Positions 8,651 through 20,652 are shown, numbered from the stretch's first letter. The stretch is DNA of 64,000 nt from Elainellaceae cyanobacterium (GCA_050331615.1 JBHJGR010000160.1:6482-70481); one strand, 5' to 3'. The notes: generated by a model from the letters alone, not told the origin. Numbers and translations: made by a program.

Positions 8651-9304
8651 TTACTCACTCATAAGGGTGTCGAGCTGCTGCTGCACCGGCGGGGGCAGCA
8701 GGACGCGGTTGACGCCGTGGATGACGCCGTTACCGGCCTCGATATTCGGCTGCACGACGCTGCCGTTGTTAACGATGATCCGGTCTTCTGCCACGCGCAC
8801 GGCGACGCCACCGCCCGTCAGGACGGGAATGGTGCCGGTAGAGATATCGCTGGCAACCAGCTCACCCGAAGCGACGTGATAGCGGAGAATCTGCTGAAGG
8901 ATTTCCCGGTTCTCAGGCTCCAGCAGGGCTTCCAGCACACCGTCAGGAAGCTGTTCAAAGGCTTCATCGGTGGGGGCAAACACGGTGTAAGGCCCTTCAC
9001 CGGCAAGGGTGTCAGCCAGACCAGCGGCCTGCACAGCCTGCACCAGCGTATTAAAGGATTCGCTGCCGGATGCGACGTCTACGATGCTCATATCGGCAGA
9101 CATGCCGCTGCCCATTCCAGGCTCGGCTTCGTCCATCATTGCGCCGCCTTCGGTACTTTCTTCCATCGTGCTGGCACCATCGGTGTGGTTGGATGCGATA
9201 GCGGTTTGGGCGATCGCACTGGGAGCAGCGATGGATAGACCCAGCAGCCCTGCTGCCAGCCCGACCTTCTTAGCTAATTTGATTGCGATTTGGCGAGTCG
9301 TCAT
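8651..9304 (-). CDS. Fasciclin (FAS1) domain secreted protein
   Basis: Signal peptide (MTTRQIAIKLAKKVGLAAGLLGLSIAAPSAIA) and FAS1 motifs (TVFAPTDEAF, NGVIHGVNRVLLPP). Start set at the internal ATG 9304. Confidence 0.7.
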   Translation of the reverse strand: MTTRQIAIKLAKKVGLAAGLLGLSIAAPSAIAQTAIASNHTDGASTMEESTEGGAMMDEAEPGMGSGMSADMSIVDVASGSESFNTLVQAVQAAGLADTLAGEGPYTVFAPTDEAFEQLPDGVLEALLEPENREILQQILRYHVASGELVASDISTGTIPVLTGGGVAVRVAEDRIIVNNGSVVQPNIEAGNGVIHGVNRVLLPPPVQQQLDTLMSE

Positions 9305-9529
9305 ACTCAAAATCCTTTTGATACCTCCTTGGGTTCTATTAAAAACGTAAATAAATATAAATGAATGACCCTCCGTCGATAGGTCGACATTGGCCACAGC
9401 GGCGGCAAGGGATTCCCCCAACCGATTACGCTGTTTCACTCACGGGGCAGATTCGCGCGCCCTTTCTAATCTGAGAGTCTGAAAGGGTCATCATCTTTGG
9501 ATGATTTTTGTTGGATTACTTGAATCGGT

Positions 9530-10417
9530 ATGTTTAACGGCAATCAAATTAAAACGGCGGCGCTGCTGGGTCTGCTAAGTGGCCTGATCGTGCTGGCGGG
9601 GTACTACCTGATGGGCAACGAGCAGGGGCTGTATTTGGGACTGGCGATCGCTACCGCCACCAGCTTTGGCTCCTGGTTTTTCTCAGATAAGGCGGCTCTG
9701 GCGGCTTACCAGGCCCAGCCCATCGAGCGGCATCAGGCTCCCGAGCTGTATGACCTGGTGAAGGAACTGAGCGATCGCGCCCAGATTCCCATGCCCAGGC
9801 TGTTTCTTGTCCCCACTCAGTCGCCCAATGCTTTTGCCACTGGGCGAGACCCGAACCACTCGGCGGTTGCCGTTACCCAGGGCATTGTGGAGCTGCTGTC
9901 CCGCGACGAACTAGCGGGGGTGCTGGCCCACGAACTCACCCACGTCCGCAACCGCGACACCCTCACCCAGGCGGTGGCCGGAACCCTAGCGGGTGCAATT
10001 ACGTTCCTGGGACGCATACTGAGCTTTGGGCTGATGTATGCCCCTGCCAATCGGGATAGCCGCCGGGGCAACAATCCGCTGGCTATCTTGTTTTTGATTG
10101 TTCTGGCTCCCATTTCGGCAGCGCTGATTCAAATGGCCATTTCCCGAACGCGGGAGTTTGCCGCCGATGAAGGGGCCGCCGACGTGACAGGCAATCCCCT
10201 GGCGCTCGCCAGTGCTCTAGAGCAGCTTGAAGAGCGGGGACGGGAAATCCCTATGAATGGCAATCCGGCGATGTCGCCTTTGCTGATCATTAATCCCCTT
10301 TCGGCAGAAGGCTTGCAAAGCCTGTTTCGCACCCACCCCCCCACAGAGGAGCGCATTCGCCGCCTCCAGCAACTGGCCCAGCAGAACCGCCAAAAATCCT
10401 TTGCCCTGACGCAGTAA
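9530..10417 (+). CDS. htpX: Membrane zinc metalloprotease HtpX (M48)
   Basis: HELTHVRNRD zinc motif, TM segments and typical length. Confidence 0.8.
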   Translation: MFNGNQIKTAALLGLLSGLIVLAGYYLMGNEQGLYLGLAIATATSFGSWFFSDKAALAAYQAQPIERHQAPELYDLVKELSDRAQIPMPRLFLVPTQSPNAFATGRDPNHSAVAVTQGIVELLSRDELAGVLAHELTHVRNRDTLTQAVAGTLAGAITFLGRILSFGLMYAPANRDSRRGNNPLAILFLIVLAPISAALIQMAISRTREFAADEGAADVTGNPLALASALEQLEERGREIPMNGNPAMSPLLIINPLSAEGLQSLFRTHPPTEERIRRLQQLAQQNRQKSFALTQ

Positions 10418-10465
10418 GGCGGTTTCAAAAAGCGGTCATCCCCTATCCCGTTAGTAGCGTCTGGT

Positions 10466-10543
10466 GTATCCGCAGATTTCGCAGATTTCGCAGATGGATG
10501 ACTTCCCTGCTCTTTATCTGCGTCCATCTGCGTCATCTGCGGA
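10466..10543 (+). repeat. R3 palindromic element (ATCCGCAGAT..GCAGAT..ATCTGCGTCATCTGCGGAT), copy 1
   Basis: Inverted halves built from CGCAGAT/ATCTGCG units. Related copies at 16089-16330 and 18723-18797. Confidence 0.7.
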
Positions 10544-10570
10544 TTGTTGTAGATTTCGAGACCTCTACCG

Positions 10571-11692
10571 ATGACAGACTGGATACATCTTATTTCTGAA
10601 TGGTCGGCTTCGATGAATCGCGTGTTTGATCAGGCTAAGCGTCAGGTTAAAACGGTGCTCGGTATCGAAGACCCGCTGCAAATTTTGCCCTATCGGGGTT
10701 ATGGCACGCGCGATCGCCTCTACTTCATGGGGCGGGTGCTGCGAGATGAAGGAATCAGGCCGGGCAGCCAGGATACGCCCATCTGGGAAAACGCTTTGAA
10801 TATGTTCCGCCGCTTTGAAAGCGATGAAGTTCCCGGTGCCCGACTGCGGCTCACCTTTGAAAACCAGCAGCAGGAACTGGTGACGGATCAAGAGGGATAC
10901 TTTCGGGCGGAGGTGTTTCCGAGTGAGTTGTCGGGCGATCGCCTCCGCTATCAGGCCCAGGTAGAGCTGCTGGACCCCCACCCCCGCAAGAAGGAGCAGG
11001 TCCGGGCAATGGCGGAGGCGATCGTGCCCCTGACCACGGCTCAGTTCGGCGTCATCAGCGACATTGATGACACGATTGTCCACAGTCGGGCCACCGATTT
11101 GCTGGAGATGCTCTGGATTGCCTATCTGGGCAATGCCCATACCCGCCTCCCGTTTCCAGGGGTCGCCAAGTTCTATAAAGCCCTCCAAGCGGGCAAAAGC
11201 GGCAACGACGGCAACCCGGTTTTCTACGTCTCCAGTAGTGCGCTGAATATGTATGACGTGTTTGAGGAGTTCATGGATCTGCATGATCTGCCCGCGGGTA
11301 CCCTGTTTCTTCGGGAGATGGAGCTATCCCTTGAAAACTGGCTGTCCTTCAGCCATGAGGGCCATAAGCGAGGAAAGATCGAGGCCATTCTGGAGTGCTA
11401 CTCAGAGTTGCCGTTTATTTTGATTGGGGACAGCGGCCAGGAGGATGCCGAAATCTATCGGCAACTGGTCCACGACTACCCGCACCGGGTTAAGTGCATC
11501 TATATCCGTAACGTCAGTCAAGAGAAACCACGGCGTCAGAAAGAGCTGGAGGCGATCGCCCAGGATGTTCAGTCCCTCGGCAGCCCTTTTGTCATCGTGC
11601 CCGATACCTTCACCGCCGCTCAACATGCCGCCAATCAGGGGTGGATTGCCCCCGACACGCTCTTTGAAATACAGCAGAGCGATCGCTGGTAG
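10571..11692 (+). CDS. App1-family (DUF2183) phosphatase-like protein
   Basis: GVISDIDDTIVHS motif typical of the App1 phosphatidate phosphatase catalytic domain. Confidence 0.55.
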   Translation: MTDWIHLISEWSASMNRVFDQAKRQVKTVLGIEDPLQILPYRGYGTRDRLYFMGRVLRDEGIRPGSQDTPIWENALNMFRRFESDEVPGARLRLTFENQQQELVTDQEGYFRAEVFPSELSGDRLRYQAQVELLDPHPRKKEQVRAMAEAIVPLTTAQFGVISDIDDTIVHSRATDLLEMLWIAYLGNAHTRLPFPGVAKFYKALQAGKSGNDGNPVFYVSSSALNMYDVFEEFMDLHDLPAGTLFLREMELSLENWLSFSHEGHKRGKIEAILECYSELPFILIGDSGQEDAEIYRQLVHDYPHRVKCIYIRNVSQEKPRRQKELEAIAQDVQSLGSPFVIVPDTFTAAQHAANQGWIAPDTLFEIQQSDRW

Positions 11693-11930
11693 ATAAACCG
11701 CTCTTCTGCCTGACGGTTCGAGAAAGTCATAGAGTGACCGATAAGTTTGGGGGGGCGATGCATTGGGCCGTTACATCCCGGTTGGGAGCGAAATATGTTG
11801 GCTAGATGCATCTGTTTCTCCTCGGGGAGAAGCGCCAAGTTCCAGGAGCGGCGATAGGAGGCGATCGCCCTCCCGAAACATTTCTCCCACGAGCGAATAC
11901 ACCGTAATGGTTGGCTGCTTGTGTACACTT

Positions 11931-12034
11931 AAGTAGGTCGGCACAATTAAATTCAGGTTAGAAAACCGGGGGAGCGCCCCGCTGAGGCGCTCCCCCGGTT
12001 TTCTAACCTTCGTTTTTCAACGCAGTTCTACTTA
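11931..12034 (-). repeat. R4 MITE-like element, copy 2, sitting where a bidirectional terminator would be
   Basis: Reverse complement of the copy at 8460, with an extended perfect hairpin GGGGGAGCGCCCCGCTGAGGCGCTCCCCC. Lies between the convergent App1 and glmS genes. Confidence 0.7.
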
Positions 12035-12056
12035 CCAGTTTTAGAACTGTTTTGCT

Positions 12057-13961
<1,905 letters not shown>

Positions 13962-14228
13962 AGACAGGACTCTCCTCACCGCGATGCAGTCTATTCAACA
14001 CGATGAGCCTATTTTAGTGAACCCCCCCGCGTTTTGCTGGCGTTTTGCCTCAAATCTTGTCGCGCCAGTTCCACGCCCCTCATAAACAAATATAAAATTC
14101 AGATGTAAATTACACTGGATCAGGTAGCCAGGTAGCCATAAACAAACGAGGCTGTGGTGGGGCGCACCCCACTAGCTTTACTTACGTCCACGGACTGAAG
14201 TCCCTGCTAACACAATGCTGCTTGGGTG

Positions 14229-14558
14229 ATGGAGGATGCTATGACCGGTCAGGATTTGCATCATTTACTAATCTCCAAATGGGGACGCTCCTATGACGTG
14301 CAGTTGCGGCGAGTCCAGGGGAAATTTTTTGTGCAGGTGATGTGGCGCTACCTGGAGCAGGCATCTTTCCCGATGTCTGAGAGCGATTATTTGGAACACT
14401 TGGACGCGATCGCCAACTACATCAACGCCTGGGGGGGCACTGCCCAGGTGCAGGCATTCATCGAGGAAACGCGCGATCGCCCCCGGTTAGGCAAAGCCGT
14501 CAGTATCCCCATTGATTTGGGCGATCGCGCCTCCGAGTGGGTCTTAGAAGACCTGTAG
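14229..14558 (+). CDS. DUF3067-family protein (conserved in cyanobacteria and plastids)
   Basis: Translation (LLISKWGRSYDVQLRRVQGKFFVQVMWRYLEQ) resembles DUF3067. Confidence 0.5.
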   Translation: MEDAMTGQDLHHLLISKWGRSYDVQLRRVQGKFFVQVMWRYLEQASFPMSESDYLEHLDAIANYINAWGGTAQVQAFIEETRDRPRLGKAVSIPIDLGDRASEWVLEDL

Positions 14559-14594
14559 GCGTGGCTTCGCTAGACCGCGCCCAATTTCAAGCAC

Positions 14595-16073
14595 CTAAAA
14601 CTGCCGCGACCATTCCTGGGGCCAGCGCTCTACCACCACCTTGGTTTGGGTGAAAAACTCGACCGCGTGCTGGCCCTGGCCGTGGAGGTCGCCAAAGAAG
14701 CTTTCCTTCCAGCCGCTGAAGGGGAAAAAGGCCATGGGAGCCGCCACACCGATGTTGATGCCAATGTTGCCCGCTTCGGCCTCGTAGCGGAACTGGCGGG
14801 CCGCTGCGCCGCTGCTGGTAAACAGGCAGGCCATGTTGCCGTAGCGGCCTTGATTGATGAGGGCGATCGCCTCATCAATCGCACTCAAATGAATCAGGCT
14901 CAACACCGGACCAAAGATCTCCGTCTGGGCCACTTCGCTAGCGGGGTCCACGTCCTGCAAAATGGTGGGCCGGATGAAATAGCCCTGATCGTAGCCGTCA
15001 ATGCGGGGATTGCGCCCATCCACCAGCACCTTTGCGCCCGATTCCGCGCCCTTCTGAATCAGCCCTTCAATGCGGGCCTTGCTCTGGGCGGAAATGACTG
15101 TGCCCATCTGCACCTGTTCGTCCAGGCCATAGCCCACGGTACGGGTGGTGGCGGTATGGGCGATCGCCTCTGTAAACATAGACCCAGCTTCTCCTACCGT
15201 AATCGCCACCGAAGCGGCGAGGCAGCGCTGTCCGGCACAGCCAAAGGCGCTATCGGCCATGATCCGCGTGGTCATCTCCAGATCCGCATCGGGGAGGACG
15301 ATCACCGGATTCTTCGCCCCGCCCTGGCACTGCGCCCGCTTACCGTTGGCCGCCGCTCGGGCATAGACATACTGAGCCACCGGACTAGAGCCAACAAAGC
15401 TAACGGCCCGAATCTGGGGATGGTCGAGGATAGCGTCTACGCAGGTCTTGTCGCCGTGAACCAGGTTAATCACGCCGGGGGGCAGGTCAAGCTGGTGGAT
15501 CAGCTCAAACACCTTTTGCATGGTGAGGGGCACCCGCTCCGAGGGTTTGATCAAGCAGGTGTTGCCACAGGCGATCGCATAGGGCATAAACCAGAAGGGA
15601 ATCATGCCCGGAAAGTTGAAGGGGGCAACCACCGCCGTCACACCTAACGGCTGGCGAATCATGATCTCATCAATGCCCCTGGCGATGTCCTCAGAGTTGT
15701 AGCCCTGCATCAGCAGGGGGATGCCGCAGGCCACCTCCACATTTTCAATGGCCCGCTTCAGCTCGGCTCGCGACTCTTTCAGGGTTTTGCCGCATTCCTG
15801 AGTAATGGTGCGGGCGATCGCCTCCACCTCCTGCACCATCAGCTCCCGCAGCCGAAACAAGTAGCCCACCCGCTCCGTCGCCGGGACGCGCCGCCAGGAC
15901 TGAAAGGCCGCCTGGGCCGCATCCGTAGCCGTTCCGATATCTGCAGCGGTCGAAAGGGGAACGTGGGCCAGGGTCTCCAGCGTGGCAGGATTGACCACCG
16001 CACGAGTCTCGCTGCCGGAGGCGGGGCACCAGCGGCCATTGATGTAATTGGGCAGGGGCGAGGGGTCAGGCAT
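14595..16073 (-). CDS. Aldehyde dehydrogenase, methylmalonate-semialdehyde dehydrogenase-like
   Basis: ALDH fold with catalytic-Cys region FGCAGQRC, the Glu motif (LELGGK-like), and a MMSDH-like C-terminus. Confidence 0.7.
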   Translation of the reverse strand: MPDPSPLPNYINGRWCPASGSETRAVVNPATLETLAHVPLSTAADIGTATDAAQAAFQSWRRVPATERVGYLFRLRELMVQEVEAIARTITQECGKTLKESRAELKRAIENVEVACGIPLLMQGYNSEDIARGIDEIMIRQPLGVTAVVAPFNFPGMIPFWFMPYAIACGNTCLIKPSERVPLTMQKVFELIHQLDLPPGVINLVHGDKTCVDAILDHPQIRAVSFVGSSPVAQYVYARAAANGKRAQCQGGAKNPVIVLPDADLEMTTRIMADSAFGCAGQRCLAASVAITVGEAGSMFTEAIAHTATTRTVGYGLDEQVQMGTVISAQSKARIEGLIQKGAESGAKVLVDGRNPRIDGYDQGYFIRPTILQDVDPASEVAQTEIFGPVLSLIHLSAIDEAIALINQGRYGNMACLFTSSGAAARQFRYEAEAGNIGINIGVAAPMAFFPFSGWKESFFGDLHGQGQHAVEFFTQTKVVVERWPQEWSRQF

Positions 16074-16088
16074 GATGCTCAGCTATGA

Positions 16089-16330
16089 AGTCAGGTAGGC
16101 GGAGTTTCACGGGGTATCCTGGCAGGTATGGATTATCCGCAGATAGCGCAGATGACGCAGATGAGAGTCATCTTCGTTTCCATATCTGCGTCCATCTGCG
16201 TCATCCAGTCAGGTAGGCGGAGTTTTACCGGGTATCCTGGCAGGTATGGATTATCCGCAGATAGCGCAGATGACGCAGATAAGAGTCATCTTCGTTTCCA
16301 TATCTGCGTCCATCTGCGTCATCTGCGGAT
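16089..16330 (+). repeat. Tandem duplication (2 x ~118 bp) of an R3-family palindromic element
   Basis: The unit AGTCAGGTAGGCGGAGTTT..GGATTATCCGCAGATAGCGCAGATGACGCAGAT..ATCTGCGTCCATCTGCGTCATC occurs twice head-to-tail. The track ORF at 16128-16637 is a translation artefact of this repeat. Confidence 0.8.
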
Positions 16331-16343
16331 TAATTATCCCTCA

Positions 16344-17513
16344 TTAGCTGGCCTGGCGCAGGGGAACGGTCTCGGCTTCGAAGGAGGAGCCGGTCGGCGG
16401 AAACACCCGAACCGCATCCGGTGCCACGACCACCCGCACCTGGGTCGCCAGGGGCAGAACTGTCTCGGCGGCGGTGCGGACAATCAGATCCCGCCCAGTG
16501 GAGGTGCGCAGGGTGTAGCGGTTTTCCCGACCGAGAAACTGGCGATCGCGCACCGTCAAACTCCCCTGACCATCGGCCACCAGGGTGAGGTCTTCCTGGC
16601 GCACCATCAGGTCGGCCCGCTGCCCGTCGTGATCTGAACCAGCCTCAATATGGCCAATCTCCGTCTGCCAACCCGTTGCTCGCCCCTCTGCCGGGATAAA
16701 GTTGGCCTGGGTGACGAATTCCGCCACAAATCGGGAGGCGGGTGTCTGATACAGCTCCTCTGGGGTGCCCACCTGCTCCAAACAGCCCTCCCGCATGACG
16801 GCGACGCGATCGCAAATGGACAGCGCCTCCTCCTGGTCGTGGGTGACAAAAATGCCGGAAGCCCCCGCTTCCTTGAGGATGTCCCGCAGGTCTTGCCGGA
16901 GCTGGAGCCGCACTCTGGCGTCCAGATTGCTCAGCGGCTCGTCCAGCAGCACCATCTGGGGATTGGGGGCCAGCGCCCGCGCCAGGGCCACCCGCTGCTG
17001 CTGCCCGCCAGAGAGCTGGTGGGGATGGCGATTCTCCAAGCCGCTCAGACCCACGAGTTCCAGCACTTCCCGCACCCGCTGGCGCATCTGGGCGGCTCCC
17101 AGGCGCTGCCGTAGCGGACTTTTCAGGCCAAAGGCGATATTCTTGCCGACCGTCAGATGGGGAAACAGGGCGTAATCCTGAAACACCATGCCGATGCCCC
17201 GCTTTTCGGGGGGGAGCCAGTATCGCTCTCCGGCGATCGCCTGTCCGCCCAGGCTAATCACGCCGCTTTGGGGCCGCTCAAACCCGGCAATCAGCCGCAG
17301 CAGGGTGGTTTTGCCGCAGCCCGATGGTCCCAGCAGGCCCAGCAGCTCCCCTTCGTACAGGCTGAGGCTGACGCTGGACACGGCGGGAATCGCCTGGTGG
17401 TCAAACTGGCGGGTAATGGCATTGAGGGTCAGGACGGGCCGCAGGTACTTGAACGGAAATGGGGTGGTTGAGAACGATTTGCGGCCTTCGAAGTTCATTG
17501 CGGTGGCGGTCAT
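16344..17513 (-). CDS. ABC transporter ATP-binding protein (PotA/FbpC-like importer ATPase with C-terminal TOBE domain)
   Basis: Walker A GPSGCGKTT, signature LSGGQQQRVALARAL and Walker B. True start is probably internal. Confidence 0.75.
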   Translation of the reverse strand: MTATAMNFEGRKSFSTTPFPFKYLRPVLTLNAITRQFDHQAIPAVSSVSLSLYEGELLGLLGPSGCGKTTLLRLIAGFERPQSGVISLGGQAIAGERYWLPPEKRGIGMVFQDYALFPHLTVGKNIAFGLKSPLRQRLGAAQMRQRVREVLELVGLSGLENRHPHQLSGGQQQRVALARALAPNPQMVLLDEPLSNLDARVRLQLRQDLRDILKEAGASGIFVTHDQEEALSICDRVAVMREGCLEQVGTPEELYQTPASRFVAEFVTQANFIPAEGRATGWQTEIGHIEAGSDHDGQRADLMVRQEDLTLVADGQGSLTVRDRQFLGRENRYTLRTSTGRDLIVRTAAETVLPLATQVRVVVAPDAVRVFPPTGSSFEAETVPLRQAS

Positions 17514-17677
17514 GGGGTAAGGAGTGGTTGGAGTAGGCAGGAAAATAAGCCCTCAGGCTCACTGCCTGGCTTCATTCCACTATACGGCTTTTCGGGTCGC
17601 CTTTTGATATCTGTTCTCATTAGGATTTCTTGAAAATCTTTGAAGTCTTCCTTTAAGGGAAAATTCTTTAAATGTCA

Positions 17678-17730
17678 GGGTGAGGGCAAATGGCCATTTG
17701 CCCCTACGGTGTTGGGTACAATCATTTCCA
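17678..17730 (+). repeat. R5 repeat (GGGGCAAATGGCCATTTGCCC palindrome core), copy 1
   Basis: Matches 20598-20652 over about 50 nt, including ..GGGTA(C/G)(A/G)ATCATTT. Confidence 0.55.
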
Positions 17731-17774
17731 TTCCCATTTCAACGATCTTTCATATTTCATCCCGCAGAATTGCC

Positions 17775-18716
17775 ATGCCCCAAACCGACGAAATTCAGCC
17801 CGACAGTTTACTGGAGCGAGGCCATTTGCTCACCGAGCAGGCCAACCCCAACAGTCAGCAGCTTGACCAGCTCTCTTCCCTGGAGCTGGTGGACCTGTTT
17901 AACCGGGAAGACCAGGGCGTCATCAACGCCATCGCCCAGGCCCGCATTCCCCTGGCCCAGGCCATCGACGCGATCGCCCATTCCCTTTCCCAGGGCGGGC
18001 GGCTTTTCTACGTCGGCGCAGGCACCAGCGGACGGTTGGGAGTGCTGGATGCGGCGGAATGTCCGCCCACCTTCTGCACGCCGCCGGAGCTGGTGCAGGG
18101 CATCATTGCCGGGGGAGCTGCCGCTTTGGTGCGCAGTTCCGAGGGTCTAGAAGATCGGGCAGAAGACGGTATGGGGGCGATCGCCCACCACCAGATCACC
18201 CAGCGGGACGTGGTTGTGGGCATCACCGCAGGCGGCACCACGCCCTATGTCCACGGCGCGATTGAGGCGGCCCGACAGCGGGGGGCGACGACCATCTTCA
18301 TTGCCTGTGTGCCCGTAGAGCAGGTGAGCCTGCCGGTGGATGTGGACATTCGGCTGCTAGTGGGGCCAGAAATCCTGGCCGGGTCCACTCGCCTCAAAGC
18401 GGGCACCGCCACCAAGCTGGCCCTGAACCTGCTGTCCACCGGGGCGATGGTGAAGCTGGGCAAGGTGTATGGCAACCGCATGGTGGATGTGTCTGTCACC
18501 AACCGCAAGCTCTACGATCGCGCCCTGCGTATTCTGCAAGATTTGACCGATCTGGATCGGACTGCCGCCACCGAGCTATTGGAGCGCAGCCAGCGACGGG
18601 TGAAGCTGGCCCTGCTGATGCACTGGGCCGGGGTGGATGTGGAGGAGGGCGATCGCCTCCTAGCGGAGCATCAGGGGAACTTGAGAGGGGCGATCGCTGC
18701 CCGACAGTCTACTTAG
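17775..18716 (+). CDS. murQ: N-acetylmuramic acid 6-phosphate etherase
   Basis: SIS-domain motif RLFYVGAGTSGRLGVLDAAECPPTF and length of about 313 aa. Start at ATG 17775. Confidence 0.8.
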   Translation: MPQTDEIQPDSLLERGHLLTEQANPNSQQLDQLSSLELVDLFNREDQGVINAIAQARIPLAQAIDAIAHSLSQGGRLFYVGAGTSGRLGVLDAAECPPTFCTPPELVQGIIAGGAAALVRSSEGLEDRAEDGMGAIAHHQITQRDVVVGITAGGTTPYVHGAIEAARQRGATTIFIACVPVEQVSLPVDVDIRLLVGPEILAGSTRLKAGTATKLALNLLSTGAMVKLGKVYGNRMVDVSVTNRKLYDRALRILQDLTDLDRTAATELLERSQRRVKLALLMHWAGVDVEEGDRLLAEHQGNLRGAIAARQST

Positions 18717-18722
18717 ACCTGA

Positions 18723-18797
18723 ATATCCGCAGATTTCGCAGATTAAGCAGATTTCGGCCCATTCTCTATCTGCGTCCATCTGCGAAATCTGCGGATC
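18723..18797 (+). repeat. R3 palindromic element, copy 4
   Basis: ATATCCGCAGATTTCGCAGATTAAGCAGAT...ATCTGCGTCCATCTGCGAAATCTGCGGAT. Confidence 0.7.
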
Positions 18798-19034
18798 ATC
18801 TGCTTTCCAGCCAAGTAAGGCACCGCCCACCACAACCTTGCGGCTCAAATGGTGGGTCAACGGTGGGCATTGCCCCGCCGAAATGGCTGCAATGACCAGA
18901 ACGCCTTAACCGGCAGACATAAAGTAAAAGCCCCACAAGCCGTTAGGCTCAAGGGCTGGAGTTCCTGAAAATCGTCACTGGGTATATCTTGTCAGCTAAC
19001 AAAAAAGCTCACAAGGGGGTGTGACCCCACAGCG

Positions 19035-20216
19035 TTAGGGTATCTGGGAGTTGGCAAGGGTCTTCTGCTCCAGGGTTAAATCCCGCTCCTCAAGGGGTAC
19101 GAAGGGGGCGTTGTGTAGCCCTGTGTAGATCTGGGTGGGGCGGAAGATGCGGTTCTCGCCGAGCTGCTCTTTCCAGTGGGCCAGCCAGCCAGCCACCCGG
19201 GCGATCGCAAAAACTGGAGTAAACAGATCCGAGGGAATGCCCAGCTTGCGGTACACCAGCCCAGAATAGAAATCTACATTGGGGTAAATGCCCTTGCCCC
19301 CCAGTTTTTCCTCAATCACGCGCTCCAGCTCTAGGGCGATGGCATAGTAGGTGTCGCCGCCAAACTTGTCAAACAGCTTCTCGGCCAGCTCCTGCAGAAT
19401 GATGGCGCGGGGGTCTTTGACCTTATAGACCCGGTGGCCAAACCCCATAATCTTAGACTTGCGGCGCATGCAGTCTTCCACATAGGGGCGCACATTCTCC
19501 ACCGAGCCGATCTCCTCCAGCATCAGCAGCACCTCCTCGTTGGCCCCGCCGTGGAGTGGTCCCGCTAGGGTGCCGACGGCAGAGGCGACCACCGCATAGG
19601 GATCGGTGAGCGTAGAGGCCGTCACCAGGGCTGAGAAGGTAGAGGCGTTGATGGTGTGCTCGGCGTGGAGGGTGAGGCACACGTCAAAGATATAGGCAGC
19701 TAAGGGATCGGGTTCCCGCTCGTTGAGCATATAGAGGAAATTGGCCGAATAGTCCAAATCGTCCCGGGGCTGCACCGGGTCGTTGCCGTGGCGCATGAGC
19801 TGAAAAGCCGCCACCATAGTGGGGATCTTGGCCAGCAGGCGGACAACGGCAGCGCGAATATAGGCCGGGTCGTCCAGCGCTCGCCGCGAGTAGAATAGCC
19901 CCAGGGCCGCCGCGCAAGCCTGGAGTGAGTCCATCGGGTGACCGCTTTCGGGGAAGCATTTCATCATATCACGGATGCGATATTTGAGCCGTCGATGGAA
20001 GCGAATCTCATGCTCAAAGGCGGCAAGCTCCTCCTGAGTGGGCAGGTGCCCCCAGATGAGGAGGTAGGTGGTTTCGAGGAAGGTGCTGTGTTTAGCGAGG
20101 TCTTCAATGCGAATGCCGCGATATTCCAGAATGCCCCGCTGCCCGTCCACATAGCTGATGCTGGACTGCTTTGCTGGAATGCCCTCTAAACCTGGCCGAT
20201 ACTCGTACAATGACAT
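19035..20216 (-). CDS. gltA: Citrate synthase
   Basis: Typical type-II citrate synthase sequence with catalytic-His regions (GFGHRVYK). Confidence 0.9.
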   Translation of the reverse strand: MSLYEYRPGLEGIPAKQSSISYVDGQRGILEYRGIRIEDLAKHSTFLETTYLLIWGHLPTQEELAAFEHEIRFHRRLKYRIRDMMKCFPESGHPMDSLQACAAALGLFYSRRALDDPAYIRAAVVRLLAKIPTMVAAFQLMRHGNDPVQPRDDLDYSANFLYMLNEREPDPLAAYIFDVCLTLHAEHTINASTFSALVTASTLTDPYAVVASAVGTLAGPLHGGANEEVLLMLEEIGSVENVRPYVEDCMRRKSKIMGFGHRVYKVKDPRAIILQELAEKLFDKFGGDTYYAIALELERVIEEKLGGKGIYPNVDFYSGLVYRKLGIPSDLFTPVFAIARVAGWLAHWKEQLGENRIFRPTQIYTGLHNAPFVPLEERDLTLEQKTLANSQIP

Positions 20217-20349
20217 GGTGCTTGGATTCCCTAACGATCGGAAGCTTTCGACAAGTTCGAAAAATTCGACAAGTTAAATAGATAAGAATAAGATTGTCAC
20301 ATTCTCGCCCGGAACGGCTGTTTGCCTTGGGCAATTTTTACCATTAAGT

Positions 20350-20441
20350 ATGGCCCTACGGGCTAAGGTTTGAGTGTGAAACCCCCGCGTCGCGGGGGCT
20401 TCACACCTCTTAAGCGTCCTAACACGAAAGCGTAGCGCTAT
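20350..20441 (+). repeat. R1 repeat, copy 2
   Basis: ATGGCCCTACGGGCTAAGGTTTGAGTGTGAAACCCCCGCGTCGCGGGGGCTTCACACCTCTTAAGCGTCCTAACACGAAAGCGTAGCGCTAT. Confidence 0.85.
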
Positions 20442-20597
20442 CCATGGACATCAATAAGGTCGGTGGGGGTGCGCCCCCCGCCATAGCGTTGGTTGTTTAT
20501 TTATGGCTACCTGCTTAATTAGGTGAGTTTGCTAGCCTTGAGCAAGAGTAGAGGTTTGTAGGCCATTTCTGAGAAAAGTTCTACCCCCAGTGAAACG

Positions 20598-20652
20598 GTC
20601 GGTAGGGGCAAATGACCATTTGCCCTTACGTCATCGGGTAGGATCATTTTCA
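20598..20652 (+). repeat. R5 repeat, copy 2
   Basis: GGTAGGGGCAAATGACCATTTGCCCTTACG...GGGTAGGATCATTTTC. Confidence 0.55.

Noticed and set aside
10565-11284. 239-aa ORF on the minus strand
   Set aside because: It lies entirely antisense to the App1-like gene, which has a clear catalytic motif. There is no independent support.
14646-15647. 333-aa antisense ORF inside the ALDH gene. Similar ORFs lie at 30885-31667 inside the deacetylase gene and at 7300-7839 and 7604-8191 inside the pentapeptide gene.
   Set aside because: These are high-GC antisense frames with no motifs, whereas the sense-strand genes have strong family signatures.
16128-16637. 169-aa ORF on the plus strand
   Set aside because: It is a translation of the R3 tandem repeat (the peptide shows repeated SADSADDAD-like and HLRFHICVHLRHLR segments), and it runs antisense into the ABC ATPase gene.
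18820-19034. Intergenic regions scanned for tRNA, tmRNA or rRNA genes (also 34688-35035, 43265-43640 and 57182-57700)
   Set aside because: I saw no cloverleaf-compatible sequence (no GTTCGAATC-like T-arm with a matching acceptor stem), so I report no RNA genes.
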